Part shown: in pieces, positions 27,936 through 37,638 of the stretch
How the letters are laid out: every line of letters starts with the position of its first letter
Position numbering within the stretch: the stretch's first letter is position 1
Source of the DNA: a virus
DNA: 64,000 bases
Virus record (IMG/VR): IMGVR_UViG_3300025237_000001
Span: 32,001 to 96,000 of that record
Reading direction: 5' to 3' (one strand)
Program-made: the position numbers and the translations under genes
Notes under the pieces: model-generated
Database searches by the model: none
What the model saw: the letters and a program-made list of their open reading frames with translations, nothing else
What the model was told of the DNA's origin: nothing

Positions 27936-28599
27936 TTTGTAGTTTAGTAATATCTCTAGTAGCACTATTATTTAAATAGGCTTTATATCCATGAAAATCT
28001 TCTTGACCTTTACTATCAACCACAACACTTAACGCATCTTTTTCTCTTTTACCTGTTGAATAATGTCTGTGTTCTACGATGATATCATCAAAATAGAATA
28101 ATGAATTCATTTTTTTACCAATAAACTTCCAAAAGTGGTCAGCCCATAGGTATTTTATTTCTGGTGGGCACATGTAACCTAAAACTTCTATTATTTTAGA
28201 GTTCATAAATGGTAACCCAACAATATATTCTTTATTTAATAAATCATTTCCCCAAACAATTCCATACTCACCAAGGTCTTTTAATTTATCAATAAATCTA
28301 GATTCCCATTTTTCAGTTACAAAGTTACAATCGTCTTCTAAGAACGCAACGTAATTATATTCCTTAGCACCTTCAATAGCCATTTCATTAAGAATCTCTA
28401 AAAACGGTTTAGGTGTTATGTTAACGTACTTAAATGGGTACTTATCCTTCACACTATCATAAGTGGTGTCACCTTCATCTATTCCAACCCACACGTCACT
28501 TTTACCCTCTGTTGTATTAACCCAAGAATCCGCAAAAATGATGAAATCATCTAAACGGTCTTTTGTTGGTATTAACACTAATATTTTATCTTGTTTCAT
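27922..28599 (-). CDS. glycosyltransferase family 2
   Basis: LIPTKDR, YVAFLEDD, WADHFW..IVEHRHY. Confidence 0.75.
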   Translation of the reverse strand: MKQDKILVLIPTKDRLDDFIIFADSWVNTTEGKSDVWVGIDEGDTTYDSVKDKYPFKYVNITPKPFLEILNEMAIEGAKEYNYVAFLEDDCNFVTEKWESRFIDKLKDLGEYGIVWGNDLLNKEYIVGLPFMNSKIIEVLGYMCPPEIKYLWADHFWKFIGKKMNSLFYFDDIIVEHRHYSTGKREKDALSVVVDSKGQEDFHGYKAYLNNSATRDITKLQNAKS

Positions 28600-29204
28600 T
28601 ATCTTTGTTTGAATTTACTAGAGTACTTCTTTCTAAGGATTGTTAGACCGTTATTCCAAGGTAATGTAGAGAATTCCCAGAATTGTGGGTTAAGTTCAGC
28701 TACGGCTCTGTATGGACCTCCATTATCCCATTGTTTACCAGCAGATTTGGTTAAATCAGAATGATAAAACGGACAGGTACCTCCATACATCAAATCGTGT
28801 AAAACTATAATCGTTGATGGTGATACTAATGCATCAATAATTTCCAACTGCTCCTTAACGTGTTCATATGAATGCCAATCGTCAATATAAATCAAATCAA
28901 TATTAACCTCTTGTTTTAAGTTTTTTAAGAATTTTATTGAATCTTTTTTAAAGAACGCCCAATGTTCTTTTTGTTCTTCACTTGGTTTGAAATCAGTATC
29001 TTCTATATCTACCGAAAATAACTGACCGTCATTTATTCTAGCAGCTTCTAGTAACGGTAATGTTGTGCCACCACCTCTTACACCTAATTCGATAATCAAC
29101 TTAGCTTTACTCCCTAAAGCAATTCCTAATAAAGTGGTAAGGTGTCTATCTGAATCACCTTTTCCATTTATTGTAGTGTCTATAATTTTTTCTATTGTAT
29201 TCAT
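28599..29204 (-). CDS. class I SAM-dependent methyltransferase (Methyltransf_24-like)
   Basis: IIELGVRGGGTT, DLIYIDDWHSYEHV, IIVLHD; start moved to MNTIEK. Confidence 0.88.
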   Translation of the reverse strand: MNTIEKIIDTTINGKGDSDRHLTTLLGIALGSKAKLIIELGVRGGGTTLPLLEAARINDGQLFSVDIEDTDFKPSEEQKEHWAFFKKDSIKFLKNLKQEVNIDLIYIDDWHSYEHVKEQLEIIDALVSPSTIIVLHDLMYGGTCPFYHSDLTKSAGKQWDNGGPYRAVAELNPQFWEFSTLPWNNGLTILRKKYSSKFKQR

Positions 29205-29205
29205 A

Positions 29206-29838
29206 TTATTTAAAAAAGTTTGTATAGTTAACAACTTTATTTTGGATGTCACTATAATCTATGGTTTGTACCGCCATATTAGGGGTGAAGCCATATGCAT
29301 TTATTACTGGATGTAAATCAGCATAATAACCATCTATTTGTTTATTTCTGTTTTTAACTAAATCAAGTATTCTATCGTAAACGGTAGCTCTAATAGCCAC
29401 ACATTGTAACGCTACGGTTTTATTTAATTTTATGATATTATCATTAACTTTAATTGGTGGTCTACCATAAATATGATTACCACCAAAATATATCATATCC
29501 CAATTATCTGGGACCGATTCCATATAGTCTTTTAATCCATTAATCTCATCGGTAAATAATACGTCATCTTCAAGTATTAAGACACTTGAGTACTTATTTT
29601 CTTTAGCTTCTGTAATGATATTAATATGGGTTTCCATAACACCTAACTCACCTAATAATAAATTTGGATTATGTTTGAATTTTGAAGTATCCAATTTCTT
29701 CCCATCAATAGCTTTGAATTTAATTACATCATCAAAACCCACCCTGTTAAATTCTATGTTAACTTTATCCCACCTATCAGGTCTTCGTTCTAAGTTAATA
29801 CAATATACTTTATCAAAATACGTTTTTAATATACTCAT
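29206..29838 (-). CDS. glycosyltransferase family 25
   Basis: YCINLERRPDRW, FKAIDGK, GELGVMETH, LILEDD, WDMIYFG. Confidence 0.9.
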   Translation of the reverse strand: MSILKTYFDKVYCINLERRPDRWDKVNIEFNRVGFDDVIKFKAIDGKKLDTSKFKHNPNLLLGELGVMETHINIITEAKENKYSSVLILEDDVLFTDEINGLKDYMESVPDNWDMIYFGGNHIYGRPPIKVNDNIIKLNKTVALQCVAIRATVYDRILDLVKNRNKQIDGYYADLHPVINAYGFTPNMAVQTIDYSDIQNKVVNYTNFFK

Positions 29839-30489
29839 TTAAAAATCTTTTAAACCCTCACTATCTCTAAATGCTTCCCACCCAACTGATTTCTTAAAAC
29901 CTATACGTACAGCATTAAAATAAGTTGTTGGTATTGAAGCGTCAGCGTAAGTTTTATGGTCAGTACCTAATAATAAAGCACTACCTTTTAATTCAAAATC
30001 CCATGGGGAATATTCATCTTTAAGAACTTCCAATAAATATGACTTCTTCCATATTGATGGTTGAACTGAAATTATATATCGACTATTTGGTTGAAATATT
30101 TTATAAGGACAATTTTCTTTATCCATATATCTTTGCTCACCTGGCGGTCCACATACTTGTAACCTATTCATATCGTACTTTTTCATATCTTCTATCCACG
30201 TATTCATTTGGGTTTCGTCATATGAATAATTAAAAAAGTAATCTTCCAAAACAAAAAAGATATATTCCTCTTTACAAGCAATAACCCCATCTCTCATTCT
30301 ACTACCCCACGACTTCTTACCTAAAGCAATAGTGTCGAACTTAGTGTCAGTATAATTTGGAATAACTTTCGTTTCACCAACGAATAAATTTTGTGTAGGA
30401 AATTTCCAATACCTATCAAAGGTAATTTGGAATGGCTCCCAAAGTGGTTCGTATGCGTCACAGGTTCCTATTAGTACGGATAATTTCAT
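29839..30489 (-). CDS. putative GT-A glycosyltransferase
   Basis: LIGTCDAY..W..F..YW, YIFFVLEDYFF, QPSIWKK, SPWDFE. Confidence 0.55.
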   Translation of the reverse strand: MKLSVLIGTCDAYEPLWEPFQITFDRYWKFPTQNLFVGETKVIPNYTDTKFDTIALGKKSWGSRMRDGVIACKEEYIFFVLEDYFFNYSYDETQMNTWIEDMKKYDMNRLQVCGPPGEQRYMDKENCPYKIFQPNSRYIISVQPSIWKKSYLLEVLKDEYSPWDFELKGSALLLGTDHKTYADASIPTTYFNAVRIGFKKSVGWEAFRDSEGLKDF

Positions 30490-30490
30490 A

Positions 30491-31348
30491 TTATATCATT
30501 TTTTTAATTTCCTCAATAGTAAATTCTTCTACTTCGTTTGAGTATGGACCTTCATCCAATACTTTTTCATGTAAATTCTCACCCGCTTGTAATCCAATTA
30601 CATTAAAATTAATCTCTATTCCATTGGAATATTTTTGAACCATTGCAGTTAATAAATTTTCAATACTCATTGATTTCATATTAGGACAAAATGGTGTGCT
30701 ATCTATAGCCTCTTCCATACATTGGTAAATTAATTCTAACGCTTGTTCAACCGTCCAGAAAAATCTAGTAGCCGAAGGTTCTGTTACGATAACATCTTCA
30801 CCATTTTCAATTAGAGCTTTCCATTTACATAAAACTGAACCAGTTGAGTATAATACGTTTCCATATCTAACTATCCTATATTGACAATTAGGATTTAACG
30901 CCTCATATTGCTTAGATAACCTTTCCATTAATAATTTAGTGGCACCGTAAACACCAACTACTTGAGCGGCTTTATCAGTTGAAATTGATAATATAAAATC
31001 TAGAGGTTGTTTAAGTGATTGCTCAAAAATATTTAATGAACCAATTACGTTAGTTTTTAAACATTCTCTGGGGAACGTTTCTGCAAGACCAACGTGTTTA
31101 GAAGCTGCTAAATGAAATACTCCATCCACACCTTTCATGGCTTGTTGAACTTCAAAGGCATCGCTTATATCACCAGTAAAGATTTCAACATCAGGGTATA
31201 CTTCTTTTAAATACACCAACGTACCTTCGTCTCTACCCATGACTCTAACTCTACCACCTTTATTAAAGATATCTTTAACTAGGGGTTGACCTAAAAAACC
31301 ACCACCACCAGTTACTAGATATAATTTATTAATTTCTATTTCTATCAT
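30491..31348 (-). CDS. UDP-GlcNAc 4,6-dehydratase (PseB/CapD, Polysacc_synt_2-like)
   Basis: TGGGGFLG, HLAASKHV, ISTDKA, YGATK, RYGNVLYSTGSV, TRFFWT, GENLHE. Confidence 0.85.
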   Translation of the reverse strand: MIEIEINKLYLVTGGGGFLGQPLVKDIFNKGGRVRVMGRDEGTLVYLKEVYPDVEIFTGDISDAFEVQQAMKGVDGVFHLAASKHVGLAETFPRECLKTNVIGSLNIFEQSLKQPLDFILSISTDKAAQVVGVYGATKLLMERLSKQYEALNPNCQYRIVRYGNVLYSTGSVLCKWKALIENGEDVIVTEPSATRFFWTVEQALELIYQCMEEAIDSTPFCPNMKSMSIENLLTAMVQKYSNGIEINFNVIGLQAGENLHEKVLDEGPYSNEVEEFTIEEIKKMI

Positions 31349-32988
31349 TTTATAATTTCTTTATACTCTTCTATTATTTGTGTGACAACATTTTCACTTT
31401 TATATTTGTCAACATCTGTAGGGACTGGGTGTAATTTCTTACCCAATACAATCCCCTTATCGTCAACATCATATATCCAACCAGCTTTACCACATAACCA
31501 ACCTTCAATTGTTGTCCTACCTAATAGGATTCCAGCGGTTTCGGTACATTGGTTGATATAATTCTCAACCTTTCTTTGTACTCCATGATACGTTACGTGA
31601 GTGTCACTATCATTTATAAGACTATCAACGGTTACACCATTTTCTTTTCCTATAACCCATAGTTTACTTCCTTCTTTTTTGGTTCTTTCAATTAAATCAG
31701 ATAACATATTTTTCCTTAAGTAATCAATAGTTCCAACAAACAAAGTAATTTTTTCATCAATGAGCGTATCTTTTGGTTGAAATCTATTCGTGTCAATTGG
31801 GTTATAAATAACGCTTATCTTTTCTTCAGGTATGTCATAACCTGAAGTGATAAAATCTTTTATCTCAGGTCTAATTGCAATATATTTCTTAATATTATCA
31901 TGTACTACTGGATGCTCTAAAGATATTACTTCAGAGTGTATTGAAGCTATCGCTGGGATTTCAGGGTATAATTGTAACATTAAGTTGGTTACAGGTGTGT
32001 GGTTTAAATGCATTATATCAAAATTAGCTGGTGCCATTTTATATAATTTATTTTCTACTGATTTTTCTAAAGTACCATCTGGTTTTTGGATTTGCCATTT
32101 ACCATCACCTTTTTTAAAACCTAAAGGTTCTTCTATATTTGATAATTTGATTCCAGCTTGTTTAGCTTTAAACGCTAACTCACCACCTATTCTAGAACAT
32201 ATGGTAACCTCACAACCTCTTTCAACTAACCCCTTAGCTAACTCATAATTATATAATTCAGAACCAGTTAAGCCATTAAAATTAAGGCAAGCAATCAATA
32301 CTTTAAACTTATGATTATCCTTGAACACTTTATCTATTTTTAACGGTAAAGAATCTTTATACTTTTCAGCAAATAGAACTCTATTTTCTTCCCACTGCTC
32401 GTTGGTTTCACCGATTGACATGTGGTTGATACTAATGTTAGTGTGAACACCAACTTTAACACCTTCTAAACGATTTCTTAAACAAAAATCTAGGTCATAG
32501 AAATGAAAACCTTCAACAGATTCATCAAAATCTTTTTTAAGTCTAGACTTCATTACTGAAAAGAATACACCATCAACTACTGCGGTTTCTTCAATACCAG
32601 TCCCTTGGTCATCACTATATTTAGATTGACGTTTTTTACCTAAATGTGTATGCCATACACGACCAATCATTTTTCTTGGGTCTGCCCACCATTTACCGCT
32701 TTCATCTAAAACTTTAGTTCCAGCAACACCTAAAATACCATAATCGGTATTATCAAAATGTTTCTTGATTTTTCTAGCGAATTGTTTTGTTTGAACCTCA
32801 ATATCGTCATGACAAAAAACCACGATATCGTGGTCTGCTTGTTTTAATAATTCATTGTAAGAAACTGTTAAAGATTCCCCATTATTAATTCGTTCAATAA
32901 CTTGAACTTTAGGGTGTCCCGCCATTTTCTTTAAATGGTCAATATGTTTTTGATTATGTTCTCTTGTACAATATACGATTGTTATCAT
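31345..32988 (-). CDS. bifunctional glycosyltransferase: N-terminal GT2-like (Glyco_tranf_2_5) plus C-terminal GT-B (GT4-like)
   Basis: VVFCHDD...VVDGVFFS..FDESVEGFHFYDLDFC; then GLTGSELYNYELAKGL..VIYNPIDTNRF..GRTTIEGWLCGK. Confidence 0.85.
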   Translation of the reverse strand: MITIVYCTREHNQKHIDHLKKMAGHPKVQVIERINNGESLTVSYNELLKQADHDIVVFCHDDIEVQTKQFARKIKKHFDNTDYGILGVAGTKVLDESGKWWADPRKMIGRVWHTHLGKKRQSKYSDDQGTGIEETAVVDGVFFSVMKSRLKKDFDESVEGFHFYDLDFCLRNRLEGVKVGVHTNISINHMSIGETNEQWEENRVLFAEKYKDSLPLKIDKVFKDNHKFKVLIACLNFNGLTGSELYNYELAKGLVERGCEVTICSRIGGELAFKAKQAGIKLSNIEEPLGFKKGDGKWQIQKPDGTLEKSVENKLYKMAPANFDIMHLNHTPVTNLMLQLYPEIPAIASIHSEVISLEHPVVHDNIKKYIAIRPEIKDFITSGYDIPEEKISVIYNPIDTNRFQPKDTLIDEKITLFVGTIDYLRKNMLSDLIERTKKEGSKLWVIGKENGVTVDSLINDSDTHVTYHGVQRKVENYINQCTETAGILLGRTTIEGWLCGKAGWIYDVDDKGIVLGKKLHPVPTDVDKYKSENVVTQIIEEYKEIIK

Positions 32989-33206
32989 TATGCTTCTCTA
33001 ATTTTTCTAATTAATTCATTTCTACCATCATTGATTACTTTACCTATGTTAACCTCCGATTTAATTTTTGCGGCAGCTTCTTCATCACCATTTAAGGCTT
33101 TTTTCATATCCTTTGTTACTACACTAGGTGCGCCACCAGCCATCATTTGTGACATTGCTACTTCATTCCAAAAATTATTAATGAAATCACTACTATCTTT
33201 ACTCAT
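32988..33206 (-). CDS. hypothetical protein
   Basis: 72 aa from MSKDSSDF; the longer start overlaps dut. Confidence 0.6.
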   Translation of the reverse strand: MSKDSSDFINNFWNEVAMSQMMAGGAPSVVTKDMKKALNGDEEAAAKIKSEVNIGKVINDGRNELIRKIREA

Positions 33207-33216
33207 AATATATATT

Positions 33217-33669
33217 TTATTTTCCTGTACTTCCAAAACCACCTGTACCTCTATCAGTCGTTGATAAATCATCAACTTCGTTAAATGTTATGTGGGGTCT
33301 TTCGATTATCATTATTTGTGCAACTCTTTCACCAACTATATATTCATTCCCATACTCAGATAAAACTACATTATCTGGGATAAATATTGGCGTTGGTTTG
33401 AATTTACAGATTATCTCACCTCTATAAGCAGCGTCAATAACTCCAACTGCATTAGCTAAAGATAATTTCTTTTTACTAACACTACTTCGTGGAAAAATTA
33501 ACCCTACGTAACCAATTGGGATTTCCATTGCTAAACCTGTACCATAAGACACATTCCCATAACCATCTTTGGTTATACTTGTTGCCGTCAAATCCATAGC
33601 CCCATCCCCTTCTATTGCATAGGTAGGGATAGTCGCTTCTGGTACTAATTTTTTTACATTAATGTTCAT
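33217..33669 (-). CDS. dut: trimeric dUTPase
   Basis: AMDL, FPRSS, GVIDAAYRGEI, GERVAQ, RGTGGFGSTG (motifs 1-5). Confidence 0.96.
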   Translation of the reverse strand: MNINVKKLVPEATIPTYAIEGDGAMDLTATSITKDGYGNVSYGTGLAMEIPIGYVGLIFPRSSVSKKKLSLANAVGVIDAAYRGEIICKFKPTPIFIPDNVVLSEYGNEYIVGERVAQIMIIERPHITFNEVDDLSTTDRGTGGFGSTGK

Positions 33670-34234
33670 TTGCTATGTGTTTTTCTTCCATAATAGCTAA
33701 TCTTACAGCGATTTTAAGTAAATCACCACCAGTTGTATTATACCACTCAGCTTGTGCGTCATCTAATTTATCAAAATTAACGATAGCTGCATATTCTTCT
33801 TCATTTAATTCAACACCATTAGTTAAAGCATAATAAGCTGAACGCTCACCAACTCTAGCTGATACTAAATCTTCATTGAAGTTATACATTTTCCCTTGGT
33901 TTTTTCTATGCCATTCTGAATCGTTGTAAACGTAAAGTTTTGCTTTACCAATTGAATGTAATAGAACTACTTTGAATAAAGACGCTTCAGACATCTTTAA
34001 GCCAGCAACTAAGTTATTCTTATTAATTAGGTAAGCGTGTTTCATAACTCTTAAGATATGGTCTATTAAACCACCCTCAAATGCGTTATGTAATTTTGTT
34101 GTTGTTGATGCTGGCGCACCAACAAAATCTAATCCTAAAAATGCTTGTAATTCAGGTGTTGCGAAACCATGCTTTTCCGCTGTTTCAAAATACTTTATTG
34201 CATTTGCAACAATTTTCTCTTTTGTTAAACTCAT
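33659..34234 (-). CDS. HD-domain-like protein (HD replaced by HS)
   Basis: APAS..LHNAFEGGLIDHILRV...LLHSIGK. Confidence 0.65.
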   Translation of the reverse strand: MSLTKEKIVANAIKYFETAEKHGFATPELQAFLGLDFVGAPASTTTKLHNAFEGGLIDHILRVMKHAYLINKNNLVAGLKMSEASLFKVVLLHSIGKAKLYVYNDSEWHRKNQGKMYNFNEDLVSARVGERSAYYALTNGVELNEEEYAAIVNFDKLDDAQAEWYNTTGGDLLKIAVRLAIMEEKHIANEH

Positions 34235-34638
34235 TTTGTTCTTTTTTTAATTTCTTCTAATACCTCTAATACTTTATCTCCAGAGTTAATTCCGCTAGTT
34301 GTCGTAAATCCATTTTCTAAAATTTTACTTTGCTCACGGTCTAATTTTACACCTTTGTTTAAAATACTACTTAATTTTTTACTAATTTTTATTGGTCTGA
34401 ATAACTTAAAACGTTTTTTTTTGTCCACAGCTAAAGCCTTTTCCTTTAAAGGCATTGCTGGGTCATTTGGTTTCCCATTAAACTCCATAAGGTATTTAAT
34501 CCTATCTTTGTTTTCTTCTAAAAAACTATAGAATTCTTCTTCCTTAGTTAAAAGGATTGATTCAGGGTCTTTAATATTAAAGAATGCTCTGTAAAGACCA
34601 ATAAAATAGTTTCCGATATTTCTAAAAATATTTTTCAT
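34231..34638 (-). CDS. hypothetical protein
   Basis: 135 aa with a hydrophobic N-terminus. Confidence 0.65.
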   Translation of the reverse strand: MKNIFRNIGNYFIGLYRAFFNIKDPESILLTKEEEFYSFLEENKDRIKYLMEFNGKPNDPAMPLKEKALAVDKKKRFKLFRPIKISKKLSSILNKGVKLDREQSKILENGFTTTSGINSGDKVLEVLEEIKKRTK

Positions 34639-34650
34639 AATGTAATTATA

Positions 34651-35889
34651 CTACTTTTTAGTGTTAAATACAAGTTTTTTGTAATATTTAGCACGATTTT
34701 CTGTAACTGTATTCAAAGAATATTTATCAGAAACAGTATTATATAAGTTATCACCAAATGTTTTAATCAATTCTGGGTTTTGGATTAACTTCTTTAGGTA
34801 TTGATACCATGATTTGTGATTTCTACGTGAATCAACTAAAAACCCATTTTTAGTTGTATCTAGTTCACCACCTTTTTGGTATGCACTTTCAATATCGATT
34901 GTGTAAGGACCAAAATTTTGTGCAATAATAGGTTTCTTGAAGAATCCACTTTCAATGACCTTTAACTGACTTTTAACTTTATTAAATGTGTTTTCTCCCA
35001 ATGGAGCTAATGATATATCAAATAGATTATAGTTAGTTGCGTAACTACTAATTGGTTTAGTCCATACTCTACGGTAAGGTTCGTTTTCAACCCCTACAAA
35101 TTCTTGAGTAGTAAATCTATTTAAATGTTCTTTATATTCAGGTGAGATAATTGAATAGTTGTTGGTGAATATTTTCTCATATTCAACCCACACACTTTCT
35201 TCTGGTTTGATATCTCTTTGACTTTGTTCACCAGTATCTTTATTAATAGTATTAATTTTACCACGAATATCAAATCCACAAACCACAAATTGAATCTTAT
35301 CTAATAACCCATCATTTTTTAGTTTTGATGACACACCATTTAAAATTCTTAAATCATTTAGGTGAGAAGAACCTCCTAACCATCCGATTCTAATTCTATC
35401 TGATTTTTCTGGTTTTGCTATAAATTGTTTTTCGGTAGGGTCAATAGAATTAGGGAAAACTGTAACGTTTTTATTAAACTTTCTAATTTCATCCGCAAAG
35501 ATTGGTGTTGTTGTGGTTACGTTTTCAGCACCTTTAATATTATTTAATATTTTAGTGTTTAAATCGTTTGTTTTTATAATGTGATATGCTGGATGTGTCA
35601 TATCGGGTAACCAATAATCATCTAAATCCATTACCGTTACAATTCCTAAACCTTTAATTTTATCTATTAAAGCTTCCATTTTATCATAATCAGTTAACGT
35701 TCTATGGTAGTGAATTAAATCATATTGCTTTAACCATTCATCATCATCTAAATTTGGTTCGTATTCAATATCCACATGAAAATCATCTGGGTATAATTTC
35801 TCTAAGTGTAAGTGTGGTTTGGTTGAACGGAAGAAAGAAACTCCTGTTCTGTCGCTTGGAACGACTAATATTTTTATTTTTTTACTCAT
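34651..35889 (-). CDS. GT-B glycosyltransferase (GT4-like)
   Basis: DLDDYW, RIGWLGGSSHLNDL, DISLAPL..FNKVKSQLKVIESG. Confidence 0.82.
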   Translation of the reverse strand: MSKKIKILVVPSDRTGVSFFRSTKPHLHLEKLYPDDFHVDIEYEPNLDDDEWLKQYDLIHYHRTLTDYDKMEALIDKIKGLGIVTVMDLDDYWLPDMTHPAYHIIKTNDLNTKILNNIKGAENVTTTTPIFADEIRKFNKNVTVFPNSIDPTEKQFIAKPEKSDRIRIGWLGGSSHLNDLRILNGVSSKLKNDGLLDKIQFVVCGFDIRGKINTINKDTGEQSQRDIKPEESVWVEYEKIFTNNYSIISPEYKEHLNRFTTQEFVGVENEPYRRVWTKPISSYATNYNLFDISLAPLGENTFNKVKSQLKVIESGFFKKPIIAQNFGPYTIDIESAYQKGGELDTTKNGFLVDSRRNHKSWYQYLKKLIQNPELIKTFGDNLYNTVSDKYSLNTVTENRAKYYKKLVFNTKK

Positions 35890-35907
35890 TATTATTTAAT
35901 TTATACA

Positions 35908-35936
35908 AGTATAAAGAAAATTGTGATATAAGTAAA
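35908..35936 (-). promoter_or_regulatory. sigma70-like promoter at the head of the glycosylation block
   Basis: Minus strand TTTACT-17 nt-TATACT. Confidence 0.45.
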
Positions 35937-35939
35937 TAT

Positions 35940-35964
35940 AAAATCCCACAAAAAGTGGGATTTT
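35940..35964 (-). terminator. intrinsic terminator
   Basis: AAAATCCCAC-aaaaa-GTGGGATTTT 10-bp stem. Confidence 0.75.
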
Positions 35965-35968
35965 AATA

Positions 35969-36583
35969 TTATTTAGTTGTTTTTTTCGGGGAGACTTTAA
36001 TTTTACCTTCTTTTATTAAAGTAGTAATAGTTCTCTTAATCGTGTTCTCCGTTAAATTTTTAGTAAATGTTGTTGCCATAAACTGAAGTAACGCATCATT
36101 AATTTTTTTATCTAATTCAGCTTCAGTTAATGTGACTAACATCTTACCTTGTGAATTAACAAATGAATTTTCATTCATCTGTTGTTGTTGTGGGATTTGT
36201 TGAACCACTTGTCTAACTTGTTGTGCTTGTGGTTGTTGTTGATGTGCTTGAGGTCTAACTAAAGACTTAACATCTTCTAAATTAAACGTAGGTCCATTTC
36301 CACTAGCCATTTCAAATTGAGGCATTGGGTTTGAAGTCATTGCATCTTTGATAGCTTGAGGCATTTTACTAGTCTCTAAGTTTTTATATGAATTACCCAT
36401 TGGTCTAGTTGGGTTTCCTTGTGGTGCCGCACCATTTGGTACCGCATCTAATAGTTGCACATCTCCACCAGACATACCTTCTTGTATTCTAGCATGGTCC
36501 ACTTTGTAATTGGTATCACCTACCTTATCCATTACTTGTTTAGCACCACCAAGCATTGCCATTAATCTTTCGTTTTGGTCCAT
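35969..36583 (-). CDS. hypothetical protein with a Gln-rich linker
   Basis: 204 aa. Confidence 0.75.
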   Translation of the reverse strand: MDQNERLMAMLGGAKQVMDKVGDTNYKVDHARIQEGMSGGDVQLLDAVPNGAAPQGNPTRPMGNSYKNLETSKMPQAIKDAMTSNPMPQFEMASGNGPTFNLEDVKSLVRPQAHQQQPQAQQVRQVVQQIPQQQQMNENSFVNSQGKMLVTLTEAELDKKINDALLQFMATTFTKNLTENTIKRTITTLIKEGKIKVSPKKTTK

Positions 36584-36585
36584 TT

Positions 36586-37293
36586 TTAATCTATTGTTTC
36601 TTCATCTTCAACCTCACTCCCTACTTTAGGATATTCGGTATATTGATATTCTTTATAATTAGGTTGTTCTTTTTCAACATCCCTTTTATTGTAATTACTG
36701 GTATATTCATGGTCTTGATTAGTTGGATAATTTGGTTGTTGTTTCTTAGTATTATCTTCATAATCTTGACTACTTGAGTTATAGGTCACCCTATTTCTCG
36801 CTAATGGTTCGTTAGATTGTTTAGTATCTATATTACTTTGCCATCCAGTTCTATTTTTAGTCATTGTACCTTTCTTATCGGTCAATTTAGCGATATTTGC
36901 ATCTCCATTACTATTAGGTAATCCCAATGTAATATCTTGAGTTGGTTTAAATAACTCATCTGGAGGTAAATTAAGTTTCATACTTGTTTCACTCCAATTT
37001 GTAATGTGGTTAATAATAAAAACTTTGTAACGTTGTTCTTTACCTTGCTTAGTTCTTATATTAGGTCCATTTATTTGATAAATTCTAACCGCATCATTAC
37101 CTTTACTTGTTTTACCAATTGAGATAACTTGTCCATACCTCTTTGCACCATCCTTGTAACTTAAATTTACAGCATGTTTATTGGTTAACGCTTGTTGTAC
37201 ATCAGACAATGACGGTGTACCACCTTCATTAAGTTCTAATTTAACGCCCGTTTCCTCAAATATAACATCTTTATATAAATTGTAAAGTTTCAT
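36586..37293 (-). CDS. WYL-like domain protein with the MKLYNLY..E N-terminal motif
   Basis: KHAVNLSY..KRYGQVISIGKTSKGNDAVRIYQ resembles a WYL/Sm-like fold; TATTTAT upstream. Confidence 0.45.
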   Translation of the reverse strand: MKLYNLYKDVIFEETGVKLELNEGGTPSLSDVQQALTNKHAVNLSYKDGAKRYGQVISIGKTSKGNDAVRIYQINGPNIRTKQGKEQRYKVFIINHITNWSETSMKLNLPPDELFKPTQDITLGLPNSNGDANIAKLTDKKGTMTKNRTGWQSNIDTKQSNEPLARNRVTYNSSSQDYEDNTKKQQPNYPTNQDHEYTSNYNKRDVEKEQPNYKEYQYTEYPKVGSEVEDEETID

Positions 37294-37309
37294 GAATAAA
37301 TATTTTTGT

Positions 37310-37636
37310 TTACTCTATTGTAACTTGTCCGATATTTCCAGATGTATCTGGGTGTCCATAACCATTACCATCATTATATTGATTGATGACCGTATTACCA
37401 ATTCTACCTGAACCAGCATAATTAGGGTTTCCATAAATATCTTGATGTGAACCACCGTTTGCGCTATCAAATGGCACGCCAGTACCTTTACCATGATTAG
37501 GTGTTGTTTCGTCACTCTTAGCATTTGTATGAGTAACTGAGTAATTATTAGCTGTCGCCTCATTGTTAAATGCATTATTAGTTAATAATTGTTGTCTTGC
37601 TGCAATTGCCGCTTCTTCTAATTTGTTAGATGCCAT
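37310..37636 (-). CDS. hypothetical Asn/Gly-rich protein, probably virion
   Basis: 108 aa in a late operon. Confidence 0.7.
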   Translation of the reverse strand: MASNKLEEAAIAARQQLLTNNAFNNEATANNYSVTHTNAKSDETTPNHGKGTGVPFDSANGGSHQDIYGNPNYAGSGRIGNTVINQYNDGNGYGHPDTSGNIGQVTIE

Positions 37637-37638
37637 TT

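Noticed and set aside
20617-35889. Host capsule/O-antigen locus (bacterial contamination or prophage flank)
   Set aside because: It is interleaved with the phage sigma factor, phoH and dut, is continuous with virion genes in the same style, and has no transport or polymerisation genes.
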